Source: a virus | DNA: 64,000 nt | Direction: 5' to 3' (one strand) | Virus record (IMG/VR): IMGVR_UViG_3300010316_000005 | Coordinates: 1 to 64,000 of that record | In this document: one piece after another, positions 55,854 through 64,000 of the stretch | Layout of the letters: each line of letters begins with the position of its first letter | How positions within the stretch are numbered: the stretch's first letter is position 1 | Program-made: the position numbers and the translations under genes | Notes under the pieces: model-generated | Database searches by the model: none | Seen by the model: the letters and a program-made list of their open reading frames with translations, nothing else | What the model was told of the DNA's origin: nothing

Positions 55854-56683
55854 GCAACTTGATATTATCAGCAATAGAATTTAATAGAATTTTCCCAAGG
55901 GCGTTTAATCCACGAATAATTTATCGAGAGATAGAAGAAAAATTTCCGCGCTATGGCGTAACAACACCAGTGCGGATTGCAGGATTCTTATCACAAGTAG
56001 GTCACGAATCCGGGGGCTTTTCGCTCAAAGAAGAAAACTTAAACTATTCAGCAAAGGGGTTACGCTCAACATTTGGAAAATATTTTAGAAGTGTTAACGC
56101 GGACAACTATGCCAGACAGCCTGAAAAGATCGCTAACTATGTATACGCAAATAGAATGGGCAACGGTACTCCATCTAGCGGCGATGGATGGAAATATAGA
56201 GGTCGTGGATTTATACAGTTAACTGGCAAAAACAACTATACTCTATTTGCTAGAGATATGGAACTGACCATCGATGAAGCTATTGAATATCTAGAATCAA
56301 CTGAAGGCGCAGTTGAGAGCGCCCTATGGTTTTGGAATCGCAATAGACTAAATCTATATGCTGACAAACGAGATGTACGTGGAATGACCAGACGCATTAA
56401 TGGAGGCTACAACGGCATTGATGATCGAATCAGTCACTGGAATCATTTACTTAATGTATTAAAAGACGATAGCTCTGTGCGAGAAAACCGAGTTAGTAAT
56501 ATTGTACTTAAACTAGGTTCAAGAGGAAATGAAGTTGCTAAGATGCAAAGAGCACTAGGATTGACAGCAGATGGAAGATTTGGCCCTAACACCGAAGCAG
56601 CCGTTAAAAGCTTTCAAAGAGCAAATCAATTAATTGTAGACGGCGTAGCTGGACCAAACACACTAAGAAGGATATATAGATAA
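55850..56683 (+). CDS. GH19-family endolysin with peptidoglycan-binding domain
   Basis: Q..HESGG..ENLNYS, YRGRGFIQLTG..NY, INGG; LKLGSRG.EV..DG.FGP.T. Confidence 0.9.
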   Translation: MSNLILSAIEFNRIFPRAFNPRIIYREIEEKFPRYGVTTPVRIAGFLSQVGHESGGFSLKEENLNYSAKGLRSTFGKYFRSVNADNYARQPEKIANYVYANRMGNGTPSSGDGWKYRGRGFIQLTGKNNYTLFARDMELTIDEAIEYLESTEGAVESALWFWNRNRLNLYADKRDVRGMTRRINGGYNGIDDRISHWNHLLNVLKDDSSVRENRVSNIVLKLGSRGNEVAKMQRALGLTADGRFGPNTEAAVKSFQRANQLIVDGVAGPNTLRRIYR

Positions 56684-56862
56684 TGAAGATTAACGATATC
56701 ATACAAGAGACTACAAGTGCAGGTGCAGTAGCAACAGTAGCAGCGCCAGTTGGCAAATTACAAAAACGCAATAATATGTACAACAGCGATGGCACAATGA
56801 AGAATGCCTTAGATCAAGATAACATTCTCTCTAATGGCAAGCCGAAAAAAAAGAAAAGATAA
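56683..56862 (+). CDS. small late protein (59 aa)
   Basis: Absent from ORF track; MKINDIIQETTSAGAVATV; coupled to the lysin stop. Confidence 0.65.
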   Translation: MKINDIIQETTSAGAVATVAAPVGKLQKRNNMYNSDGTMKNALDQDNILSNGKPKKKKR

Positions 56863-56886
56863 ATACGTTAACTCCGGAGATAACAA

Positions 56887-57366
56887 ATGACAAAAAAGAA
56901 AACAAATGAAGGACTTGGCGAGCTAGCTGACGCAGCAGAAAAGGACCACGAAGTACAGATGGCGCGTGCCGACTGCTACAAAATAGCAAAGTATGCTATT
57001 CAGTTACACGACCTTTTAAAGAAAGTTACCGAAGAGGAAGGTCTTGAAGGATGGCAGCAAGCTAAGATTACAAAGGCCGCTGACTACATATCAAGTGTAT
57101 TTCACAGCCTCGAGTATGACGAAAAAGTAACCAACAACGACGATGCGTCAGTAATGGACATTGCTATGAACACCAAAGAAGCAAGAGAATCAACTGACGT
57201 ATATAAGTCAAAGCTACATTCAACACTTAGAGAAAGAACTGAGAAAATTGGATGTACTGGTTGCGATGAAGTTTCAACTAAAGCAGCGTGGCAGAAGAAT
57301 AGCGGCACTTGCCCTAAGTGCAAGAAATCATCACAGGGCGTAGCAGAAGCAAAGGTAAAAAAGTAA
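56887..57366 (+). CDS. late protein with C-terminal Zn ribbon
   Basis: DHEVQMAR..LEGWQQAKITKAADYI; CTGC..CPKC. Confidence 0.75.
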   Translation: MTKKKTNEGLGELADAAEKDHEVQMARADCYKIAKYAIQLHDLLKKVTEEEGLEGWQQAKITKAADYISSVFHSLEYDEKVTNNDDASVMDIAMNTKEARESTDVYKSKLHSTLRERTEKIGCTGCDEVSTKAAWQKNSGTCPKCKKSSQGVAEAKVKK

Positions 57367-57542
57367 TGTATAAAAAAGTAGAAGATATATTTAACGGAAC
57401 AGACAGCAATCGTGCTGATCCTACTCCAACTTCAGTTGCGCCGTCGCAACCAGCACCCCAAAAAGCAGAAGCTGATATGACAGAAGCTGATAAGATTAGG
57501 GCGATGGGAGACAAGCTTTCTGCGATTTGGGACAGTAAGTAA
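57366..57542 (+). CDS. small late protein
   Basis: TAATG coupling on both sides. Confidence 0.55.
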   Translation: MYKKVEDIFNGTDSNRADPTPTSVAPSQPAPQKAEADMTEADKIRAMGDKLSAIWDSK

Positions 57543-58288
57543 TGGATTGGAATAAGCTACAGCATACGCTATATAATCTAGATCCAACAGATCGTCGTGA
57601 CGATATCGCTAAACTAACTCAGGTTGCACAAAGTGGTGCACCAACTGTGGCACCAACAAAAGATTACGTAACCGAAAGTGTTAATGTTCCGCAAGGATCT
57701 ATGCCATTGGGTATAGATTCAATCAGTGACTTTGCTGCACTTGCTGGCATTGTAACCGAAGGTAAACAAAAAGACGCAGATCAAGTTCGCGCAAAAGGTC
57801 CAATGCCTAAAGCAGAACCAGGACGCACAAAGCATCCATTCCAGGATAAGCTAGTAGGCGAAGAAGAAATTGACGAGGTAGGCGCGACTGACTTTGTTAA
57901 GGGACGATTTAAGCAAGGATACAACAACGCCAATAATCCCGCAGCCCTTAAGAATCCAGACGGATCTTCTAAACAGGCAGCAGCTAAAAAAGAACCGACA
58001 CGCATTACTGGAGGTATGTCAGGACAACGTATAGCTTCAGAATTAGGTGTCACTGAGCCGCAGCAATTTGCAAACGGTTACAACAAAATTAAATCAGGCA
58101 GACCAATTAACCGCAACGAGCAAATGGCTCTAGGTGCCGGCTTCGCACAGTTAATGAAAATGGACGACGTAAGCTTACGTAAAATGATGAATCAACTAGT
58201 GCAGCTTAGACAAGAGTCTGCGGTGCCAGCGAAGCGTACTGAATCAATTAAAGAAGAGCTTTACAGAAAACTCAATGCAGGAAAGTGA
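57542..58288 (+). CDS. late protein, candidate head/core protein
   Basis: LAGI, HPF..KLVGE, ESIKEEL. Confidence 0.7.
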   Translation: MDWNKLQHTLYNLDPTDRRDDIAKLTQVAQSGAPTVAPTKDYVTESVNVPQGSMPLGIDSISDFAALAGIVTEGKQKDADQVRAKGPMPKAEPGRTKHPFQDKLVGEEEIDEVGATDFVKGRFKQGYNNANNPAALKNPDGSSKQAAAKKEPTRITGGMSGQRIASELGVTEPQQFANGYNKIKSGRPINRNEQMALGAGFAQLMKMDDVSLRKMMNQLVQLRQESAVPAKRTESIKEELYRKLNAGK

Positions 58289-58880
58289 TGACAGCGCAGA
58301 AGACATAGTTTGGAAAACAGTTGATCCAGATGATATCTGGGTTATGGACAAACTTATTCTTTCGCGCAAGCTAGGATATAACTGCGGCCCTGTTGGCCAA
58401 GACGTTAGTGCAGCGGGCTGGTATATTGTAAGACCATGCGTGAATATGATAGGGCTAGGGCTAGGTACACAAAAAGTTTGGCTGGATCAAAGCACTATGA
58501 ATTTGCCAATAGGGTATTTTTGGTGTGAATGGTTTGACGGTGAACACCTTAGCATAGACTATTACAATAAAAATCAAATGCTTTGTGTAGCAGGAAAGAA
58601 ACCCGACGACACATTTACAAAGTGGACAAGCTGGCACAGAGACAGCTTCATCATGCCCTTTCCTGAGATATTAGATCAGCTTGTACACCAAGGATGGATA
58701 AACTGTGAATTTATAGGCGACCGGCTTATCGAAGTACATTTGCGCCGCAATGAAGACTTTGACGGAAATATTAATCGTTTTATACCGGTGTGGGAAGGGG
58801 AAGATACTAGCCCTCCCAAAGGTTACACATACCGTGAGTACCCAGATGTACACGGTCGTATCGGAGCATTTGTCAAATAA
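58275..58880 (+). CDS. hypothetical protein, possibly ATP-grasp-like
   Basis: YIVRP..N..G, CEWFDG..SIDY, NCEFIG..IEVHLR. Confidence 0.6.
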   Translation: MQESDDSAEDIVWKTVDPDDIWVMDKLILSRKLGYNCGPVGQDVSAAGWYIVRPCVNMIGLGLGTQKVWLDQSTMNLPIGYFWCEWFDGEHLSIDYYNKNQMLCVAGKKPDDTFTKWTSWHRDSFIMPFPEILDQLVHQGWINCEFIGDRLIEVHLRRNEDFDGNINRFIPVWEGEDTSPPKGYTYREYPDVHGRIGAFVK

Positions 58881-58936
58881 ACACTTGACAAAAGTTCAAC
58901 AATATCATATACTTAATTAAGAAATGGAGACTTATT

Positions 58937-59203
58937 ATGAGTGATCGCGTCTATGGACCAGAAGAAAAAAAGAAATTGGAAAGACTAGTTAGCGAAGGTG
59001 TAACTGTGTTACAAGAAGTCGAAGACTTGAACGCAGGTCTAAAAGAAACTATAAAAGCAGTAGCAGAAGAACTAAATGTAAAGCCATCGCTTATTACTAA
59101 AGCAATTAAGATTGCTAAGAATCGTGACTGGGGTCGCGTTAACGATGAGTTTGAAGATCTAGAAACAATCGTTGCAACAATTGGCGTAGACGATAATGAG
59201 TAA
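58937..59203 (+). CDS. small helical DNA-binding protein (T4 DsbA/GapR-like)
   Basis: LKETIKAVAEEL.VKP..I.KAIK; promoter TTGACA-17-TATACT at 58885-58913. Confidence 0.55.
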   Translation: MSDRVYGPEEKKKLERLVSEGVTVLQEVEDLNAGLKETIKAVAEELNVKPSLITKAIKIAKNRDWGRVNDEFEDLETIVATIGVDDNE

Positions 59204-59435
59204 GGAAATACCCGAACATCGGGATATCCTAGGAAACGTAGTTAAGGTAGACGATGTTGTCGTCTACCCTTCACACAATAGCCTAAAGATTGCACAGGTT
59301 AAAAAGTTAAACCCAAAAATGATTAATGTTTCGCCAGTTGGCAAAACGTATCATGATAGAAAATATCCAACGGATTTGTTAATAGTCGACGATCCTAAAA
59401 TTACATTATATATATTACAGAAGAGTAGCGCATGA
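59196..59435 (+). CDS. hypothetical SH3-like protein
   Basis: DILG..VKVDD.VV. Confidence 0.65.
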   Translation: MSKEIPEHRDILGNVVKVDDVVVYPSHNSLKIAQVKKLNPKMINVSPVGKTYHDRKYPTDLLIVDDPKITLYILQKSSA

Positions 59436-59713
59436 TTAAAAAAATATTAAGCTTCTTTAGCGAAAGCCGAAAGGCGAGCCCGATTGCATTTTATTGTGAG
59501 ATGGCAGAAGCTGCATTACTAATTAGTGCTAGTGCGATTTTAGCATTTACTATTTTAGACCCAGCAACAAAATTGTTTGTGCCGCTGTATCTTGTTGGCT
59601 CAATACTAGGAATAATAAGCGCAGTTTATAGACGCGCTGCGTTTGTTATTGTGTTATGTAGTTGGTTCACTGCGATGAATTTCATTGCTTTGATTCAATT
59701 ATTCTTGCTTTAA
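59432..59713 (+). CDS. membrane protein (3 TM)
   Basis: hydrophobic, 93 aa. Confidence 0.7.
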   Translation: MIKKILSFFSESRKASPIAFYCEMAEAALLISASAILAFTILDPATKLFVPLYLVGSILGIISAVYRRAAFVIVLCSWFTAMNFIALIQLFLL

Positions 59714-59729
59714 TAAATATCACAGAGTC

Positions 59730-59778
59730 GCTCACTTAAGAGCAGGTATAAGGTATGCTGGCCATAATCAGCAAGGAG
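59730..59778 (+). promoter_or_regulatory. candidate translational operator of the DNA polymerase
   Basis: GCTC/GAGC hairpin, then TGCTG-GCCATAAT-CAGCA hairpin abutting AGGAG. Confidence 0.5.
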
Positions 59779-59784
59779 AAATAT

Positions 59785-62478
59785 ATGCCATACGTAGACG
59801 GTTTTTTTGACCGAGACAACGACGTTATTAAAATAGTTGAAAGAGTAGACGGAAAAAGAGTTTACCAAGACTATCAATCAAAATACACATTCTATTACGA
59901 AGATCCAAAAGGCAAGTACAAGAGTACATACGGCCACCCGCTAAGTAAAATTGTATGCAAGAATACAAAAGACTTCCGCAAAGAACTAGCAATTAACAAA
60001 GACAAACATCTATTTGAATCAGATATCAATCCAATCTTTCAATGCTTGTCAGAACATTACCTCAATCAAGATGCGCCCAAACTAAATGTATGTTTCTTCG
60101 ACATCGAAACTGACTTCGATCCCGAAAGAGGGTTTGCGCCGCCCGAGGATCCATTTATGCCAATCACTGCTATTACTGTGAATTTACAGTGGCTAGATGT
60201 ATTAATCACAATAGCTATTCCGCCAAAGGGATTGCCATTTGAAGAAGCCAAGGCGATGTGTAAAGAACGTTGGGGCGAAGATGTTGTATTGTTTACTAAC
60301 GATTCAAATCACGCAGGCGAGCAACAAATGCTACAGACGTTCCTTGATCTAATCGAGGATGCTGATATCTTAAGTGGATGGAACTCAGAAGGGTACGATA
60401 TTCCGTACACTGTTAACAGAGTTAAGCGTATTTTAAGCAGCAATGACACACGGAGATTCTGCCTATGGGATCAAAAGCCAAAGCGTAGAGAGTTTGAAAA
60501 GTTCGGAAAGACTTCGGAAACGTATGACCTTGTTGGTCGCGTTCACCTTGACAGCTTGAACTTATACAGAAAATACACATACGAAGAACGCCACAGTTAC
60601 AGACTTGACGCAATTGGCGAAATGGAAATTGGCGAGAACAAAACTGTTTACGAAGGTACGCTGGATCAACTCTACAACAAAGACTTTAAAAAGTTTATCG
60701 AATACAACAGACAAGACACTGCGTTGCTAGACAAGCTAGATAAGAAGCTGCGCTTCATTGACCTTAGCAACGAACTAGCACACGCCAACACAGTGCTTCT
60801 ACAGACTACCATGGGCGCGGTTGCTGTTACTGAGCAAGCTATTATCAACGAAGCACACAGACGCGGGCTACAAGTGCCTAATCGCAAACCGCGCGAAGAT
60901 GGTGCTACTCAAGCTGCTGGCGCTTACGTTGCGTTTCCTAAAAAAGGACTACACAAGTGGATTGGGTCAATGGACTTGAACTCACTGTATCCGGCAGTTA
61001 TTCGCTCGCTAAACATGGCTCCAGAAACTATCGTTGGTCAGATTAGACCGGATACTTCTAACAGCCGTGTCGAGGCTGACATGAACATAAAGAAGAAAAG
61101 CTTTGCTGGATCGTGGGAAGGACGTTTTGCTACTGAAGAATATGAAGCTGTAATGGAACAACGCAGAGATGTTCCACTTATTATAGACTGGGAAGATGGC
61201 GCAGTTGATACACTTAGCGGTGCTGAGATTCATAAGATGATCTTTGATAGCAATCAACCATGGATGCTAAGTGCTAATGGTACAATCTTTACAACAGAGT
61301 TTGAAGGCGTTATTCCGGGTATTCTAAAGCGTTGGTACAGTGAGCGTAAAGAACTACAAGCTAAACTTAAAAAGGCAAGAGAAGCAGGCAACGATGCTGA
61401 AATTGCATTTTGGGACAAAAGACAGCTTGTTAAGAAGATTAACTTGAACAGCTTGTACGGTGCTATTCTTAACCCAGGCTGTAGATTCTTTGACAAACGA
61501 ATTGGACAATCAACTACGCTAACCGGTAGACAAATTGTTAAGCACATGAGTGCAGAGGTTAACAAGACGATTACAGGCGAGTACGATCATGTTGGCGAAA
61601 GTGTTATCTACGGTGATACCGACTCTGTGTATTTTAGTGCGTACCCTGTTCTTAAAGCCGACATCGATGCTGGACATATACCTTGGTCAAAAGAAACTGT
61701 TATACAATTGTACGATCAAGTAGCGGAGCAAGCTAACTCAACGTTCCCAGACTTTATGAGCAGAGCGTTTCATTGTCCGCGGTCGCGCAGTGACGTCATT
61801 GCTGCGGGACGTGAAATTGTTGGTAGCTCTGGGTTGTTTATCACTAAGAAGCGTTATGCTATTATGGTGTATGACGACGAAGGCAATCGTAAGGATACAG
61901 ATGACAGCCCAGGCAAGACTAAAGTTATGGGCTTAGATCTGCGTCGTTCTGATACTCCGGTGTTTATGCAAGACTTCTTAAAAGAAATCTTAGGCATGGT
62001 ACTACAGGACGCCGACGAGAAAAGTGTACTAGACAGAATTACTAAGTTCCGTAATGAGTTTGAAAGTATGCCGGGGTGGGAAAAAGGTACACCCAAGCGA
62101 GTAAACAAACTCAGTCATTATCGTAGGCTAGAAGAAAAACAAGGCAAGGCAAATATGCCAGGTCACGTTAGAGCTGCCCTTAACTGGAACACATTGAAGC
62201 GTATGAACAGTGACAAGTATTCACAAGAAATTGTTGACGGCATGAAGGTTATTGTTTGTAAGCTAAAGGGTAATCCACTGGGATACACATCTGTGGCATA
62301 TCCCACAGACGAACTACGTATTCCGGATTGGTTCAAGGAGATGCCATTTGACACAAATGCAATGAGCGAAACTATCATTGATAACAAGATTGGCAACCTC
62401 ATTGGTGTTCTAGACTATGACTTAGAGTCAACTAAGCAGTACACTACATTTAACAACTTGTTTGACTTTGGAGATTGA
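59785..62478 (+). CDS. polB: family B DNA polymerase
   Basis: FDIET, GWNS..YD, DLNSLYP, K..LNSLYG, YGDTDS, KKRY. Confidence 0.97.
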   Translation: MPYVDGFFDRDNDVIKIVERVDGKRVYQDYQSKYTFYYEDPKGKYKSTYGHPLSKIVCKNTKDFRKELAINKDKHLFESDINPIFQCLSEHYLNQDAPKLNVCFFDIETDFDPERGFAPPEDPFMPITAITVNLQWLDVLITIAIPPKGLPFEEAKAMCKERWGEDVVLFTNDSNHAGEQQMLQTFLDLIEDADILSGWNSEGYDIPYTVNRVKRILSSNDTRRFCLWDQKPKRREFEKFGKTSETYDLVGRVHLDSLNLYRKYTYEERHSYRLDAIGEMEIGENKTVYEGTLDQLYNKDFKKFIEYNRQDTALLDKLDKKLRFIDLSNELAHANTVLLQTTMGAVAVTEQAIINEAHRRGLQVPNRKPREDGATQAAGAYVAFPKKGLHKWIGSMDLNSLYPAVIRSLNMAPETIVGQIRPDTSNSRVEADMNIKKKSFAGSWEGRFATEEYEAVMEQRRDVPLIIDWEDGAVDTLSGAEIHKMIFDSNQPWMLSANGTIFTTEFEGVIPGILKRWYSERKELQAKLKKAREAGNDAEIAFWDKRQLVKKINLNSLYGAILNPGCRFFDKRIGQSTTLTGRQIVKHMSAEVNKTITGEYDHVGESVIYGDTDSVYFSAYPVLKADIDAGHIPWSKETVIQLYDQVAEQANSTFPDFMSRAFHCPRSRSDVIAAGREIVGSSGLFITKKRYAIMVYDDEGNRKDTDDSPGKTKVMGLDLRRSDTPVFMQDFLKEILGMVLQDADEKSVLDRITKFRNEFESMPGWEKGTPKRVNKLSHYRRLEEKQGKANMPGHVRAALNWNTLKRMNSDKYSQEIVDGMKVIVCKLKGNPLGYTSVAYPTDELRIPDWFKEMPFDTNAMSETIIDNKIGNLIGVLDYDLESTKQYTTFNNLFDFGD

Positions 62479-62479
62479 T

Positions 62480-62893
62480 ATGATTGCAGGATTCACTTGT
62501 AGTGCTTGGGATCTACTTCACGCGGGACATGTTCAAATGTTGCGCGAAGCAAAGGATCAATGCGAATATTTAATCTGCGGATTGCAAGTAGATCCTACTA
62601 TCGATCGGCCGTCTAAGAATTCGCCAGTGCAAACCATTGTTGAAAGGTATACCCAACTAAAGGGTGTGAGGTATGTAGACGAAATAATACCTTACACTAC
62701 CGAAGCTGACCTTGAAGATATACTTTCTATGTATCATATTGATGTCAGAATACTAGGCGATGAATATCGTGAGATGGATTTTACTGGCAAAGACATCTGC
62801 AAGAAGCGAGGGATACAACTCTACTTTAATAAACGCGAGCACCGGTTTAGCAGCAGTGACCTTAGACAAAGAGTGACGGAGAGTAACAAATGA
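62480..62893 (+). CDS. tagD: glycerol-3-phosphate cytidylyltransferase-like protein
   Basis: DLLHAGH, ER..Q, YVDE, SSS.LR. Confidence 0.8.
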   Translation: MIAGFTCSAWDLLHAGHVQMLREAKDQCEYLICGLQVDPTIDRPSKNSPVQTIVERYTQLKGVRYVDEIIPYTTEADLEDILSMYHIDVRILGDEYREMDFTGKDICKKRGIQLYFNKREHRFSSSDLRQRVTESNK

Positions 62894-63054
62894 CCAACGA
62901 AACCCTCGAGTACCAAGTGACTCAACTAACTAAGCAAGTTGAACAGCTAGAACAAGAACTAGCACTTCTAAAAAATGAACTCAGCACAATTAGATTTGAA
63001 GGATGTTGGAAGTATCACGAAGATCCGCATCATAGACATACACCAAAGGAATGA
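62890..63054 (+). CDS. small coiled-coil protein (54 aa)
   Basis: Absent from ORF track; GGAG RBS. Confidence 0.5.
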   Translation: MTNETLEYQVTQLTKQVEQLEQELALLKNELSTIRFEGCWKYHEDPHHRHTPKE

Positions 63055-63137
63055 TCTAAATAATCAAGAGAACCTTCGAAAAAACGCTTGACTTTCAAGT
63101 ACTTAGATATTACAATAAAACAAATGGAGAAACATAT

Positions 63138-63866
63138 ATGAAAGATATACTACAAGACATCGTCGCTCACACGCACAGCTTGGGCTTCTTAACCTTAGTC
63201 AAAGTTACGTCAGAGTCTGACACTCTAATTGACTCAATGGCAGAAGACCGTTCTGTTATTATGAGCGCAACTACACACAAGCCAATCGACGAGTTTGACG
63301 GTGTGTTTGGTATGCCCAACCTAGATAAATTGAATTTGCACTTGAAGAACCCAGAGTACAAAGAAAATGCTAATATTGAAGTTGTCGTTGTTGAGAAGAA
63401 CGGCGAACAAGTGCCGACGCACATTCACTTTGAAAACCAAGCAGGCGACTTCCAGAACGACTATCGCTTTATGAGCCGCGCTGTCATTGACGAGAAACTA
63501 AAGAGCGTTAAGTTCAAGGGCGCAGCATGGAATGTAGAATTTCAGCCAAGTATGGCTTCAATTCAAAGAATGAAGCTAATGTCAGCAGCACACTCCGAAG
63601 AGCCTAACTTTAACGTAAGCACCAAAGACGGCGACCTAGTGTTTAGCTTCGGTGACCTTAGTACACACGCAGGCGAATTTGTTTTCGAAGCAGGCGTTGA
63701 AGGTAAGCTATCGCACACTTGGAGTTGGCCGGTTTCTGCGGTGCAGTCTGTGTTAAACTTAGACGGCGACGTTACTATGAGTATTTCGGACCAAGGCGCA
63801 ATGATGATCAGCGTAGACTCTGGTTTGGCCAAGTATGACTACATACTACCAGCACAAAGCAAATAA
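63138..63866 (+). CDS. putative sliding clamp (gp45-like)
   Basis: 242 aa alpha/beta, near PolB, ends YDYILPA; promoter TTGACT-17-TACAAT at 63088-63116. Confidence 0.55.
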   Translation: MKDILQDIVAHTHSLGFLTLVKVTSESDTLIDSMAEDRSVIMSATTHKPIDEFDGVFGMPNLDKLNLHLKNPEYKENANIEVVVVEKNGEQVPTHIHFENQAGDFQNDYRFMSRAVIDEKLKSVKFKGAAWNVEFQPSMASIQRMKLMSAAHSEEPNFNVSTKDGDLVFSFGDLSTHAGEFVFEAGVEGKLSHTWSWPVSAVQSVLNLDGDVTMSISDQGAMMISVDSGLAKYDYILPAQSK

Positions 63867-63876
63867 GGAGACTGTA

Positions 63877-64000
63877 ATGTCTGAAGAATTTAATATCTAC
63901 GAATTTGGAAAAATGTTTGATGCCGCAATGTCGTCGGACAATCCAAGTGTTAAAAAAGCACTAAGAAACTTTATGATGATCTGCGCAATGGTTCATGCAG
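63877..64000 (+). CDS. partial hypothetical protein
   Basis: AGGAG RBS, open to window end. Confidence 0.6.
   Translation, partial: MSEEFNIYEFGKMFDAAMSSDNPSVKKALRNFMMICAMVHA

Noticed and set aside
59785-62478. Intein or split in PolB
   Set aside because: Normal length with contiguous motifs.

Overview
This 64 kb window comes from a large lytic dsDNA phage with T4-like organisation (standard code, mostly + strand). The 7Fe ferredoxin and IscA resemble alphaproteobacterial proteins, so that host group is a guess. Order of contents: (1) 1-13.9 kb, sigma70-driven small early ORFs plus a PTH2-like protein, a CCA-adding enzyme and DNA ligase; (2) 14-20.6 kb, queD, a glycosyltransferase, uvsE, a ParB/DGQH + HNH pair and iscA; (3) 20.6-34.4 kb, baseplate/tail genes including a 2662-aa protein; (4) 34.4-44 kb, a DnaE fragment, groES, a MazG-like enzyme, an exonuclease, clamp loader, fdxA, folA, thyA and phoH; (5) 44-58.3 kb, late genes (spanins, dnaJ, clpA, candidate internal head proteins, GH19 endolysin); (6) 58.9-64 kb, PolB, a TagD-like enzyme and a clamp-like protein. 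The main finding is six free-standing GIY-YIG-type endonuclease genes (HEGs). At four of them the neighbouring gene has one end duplicated in diverged form on the far side of the endonuclease (cca N-terminus; C-termini of the 4928 gene, the MazG-like gene and thyA). This suggests intron-less insertion with a replacement gene end. Two of these modules share a covarying structured 5' leader RNA. Also notable: a preQ1-I-like pseudoknot before queD, an expanded family of small proteins ending F-x-L-[KR]-[WYF], and a DnaE fragment that stops before the catalytic DxD. All calls come from motif reading only; no searches were run.
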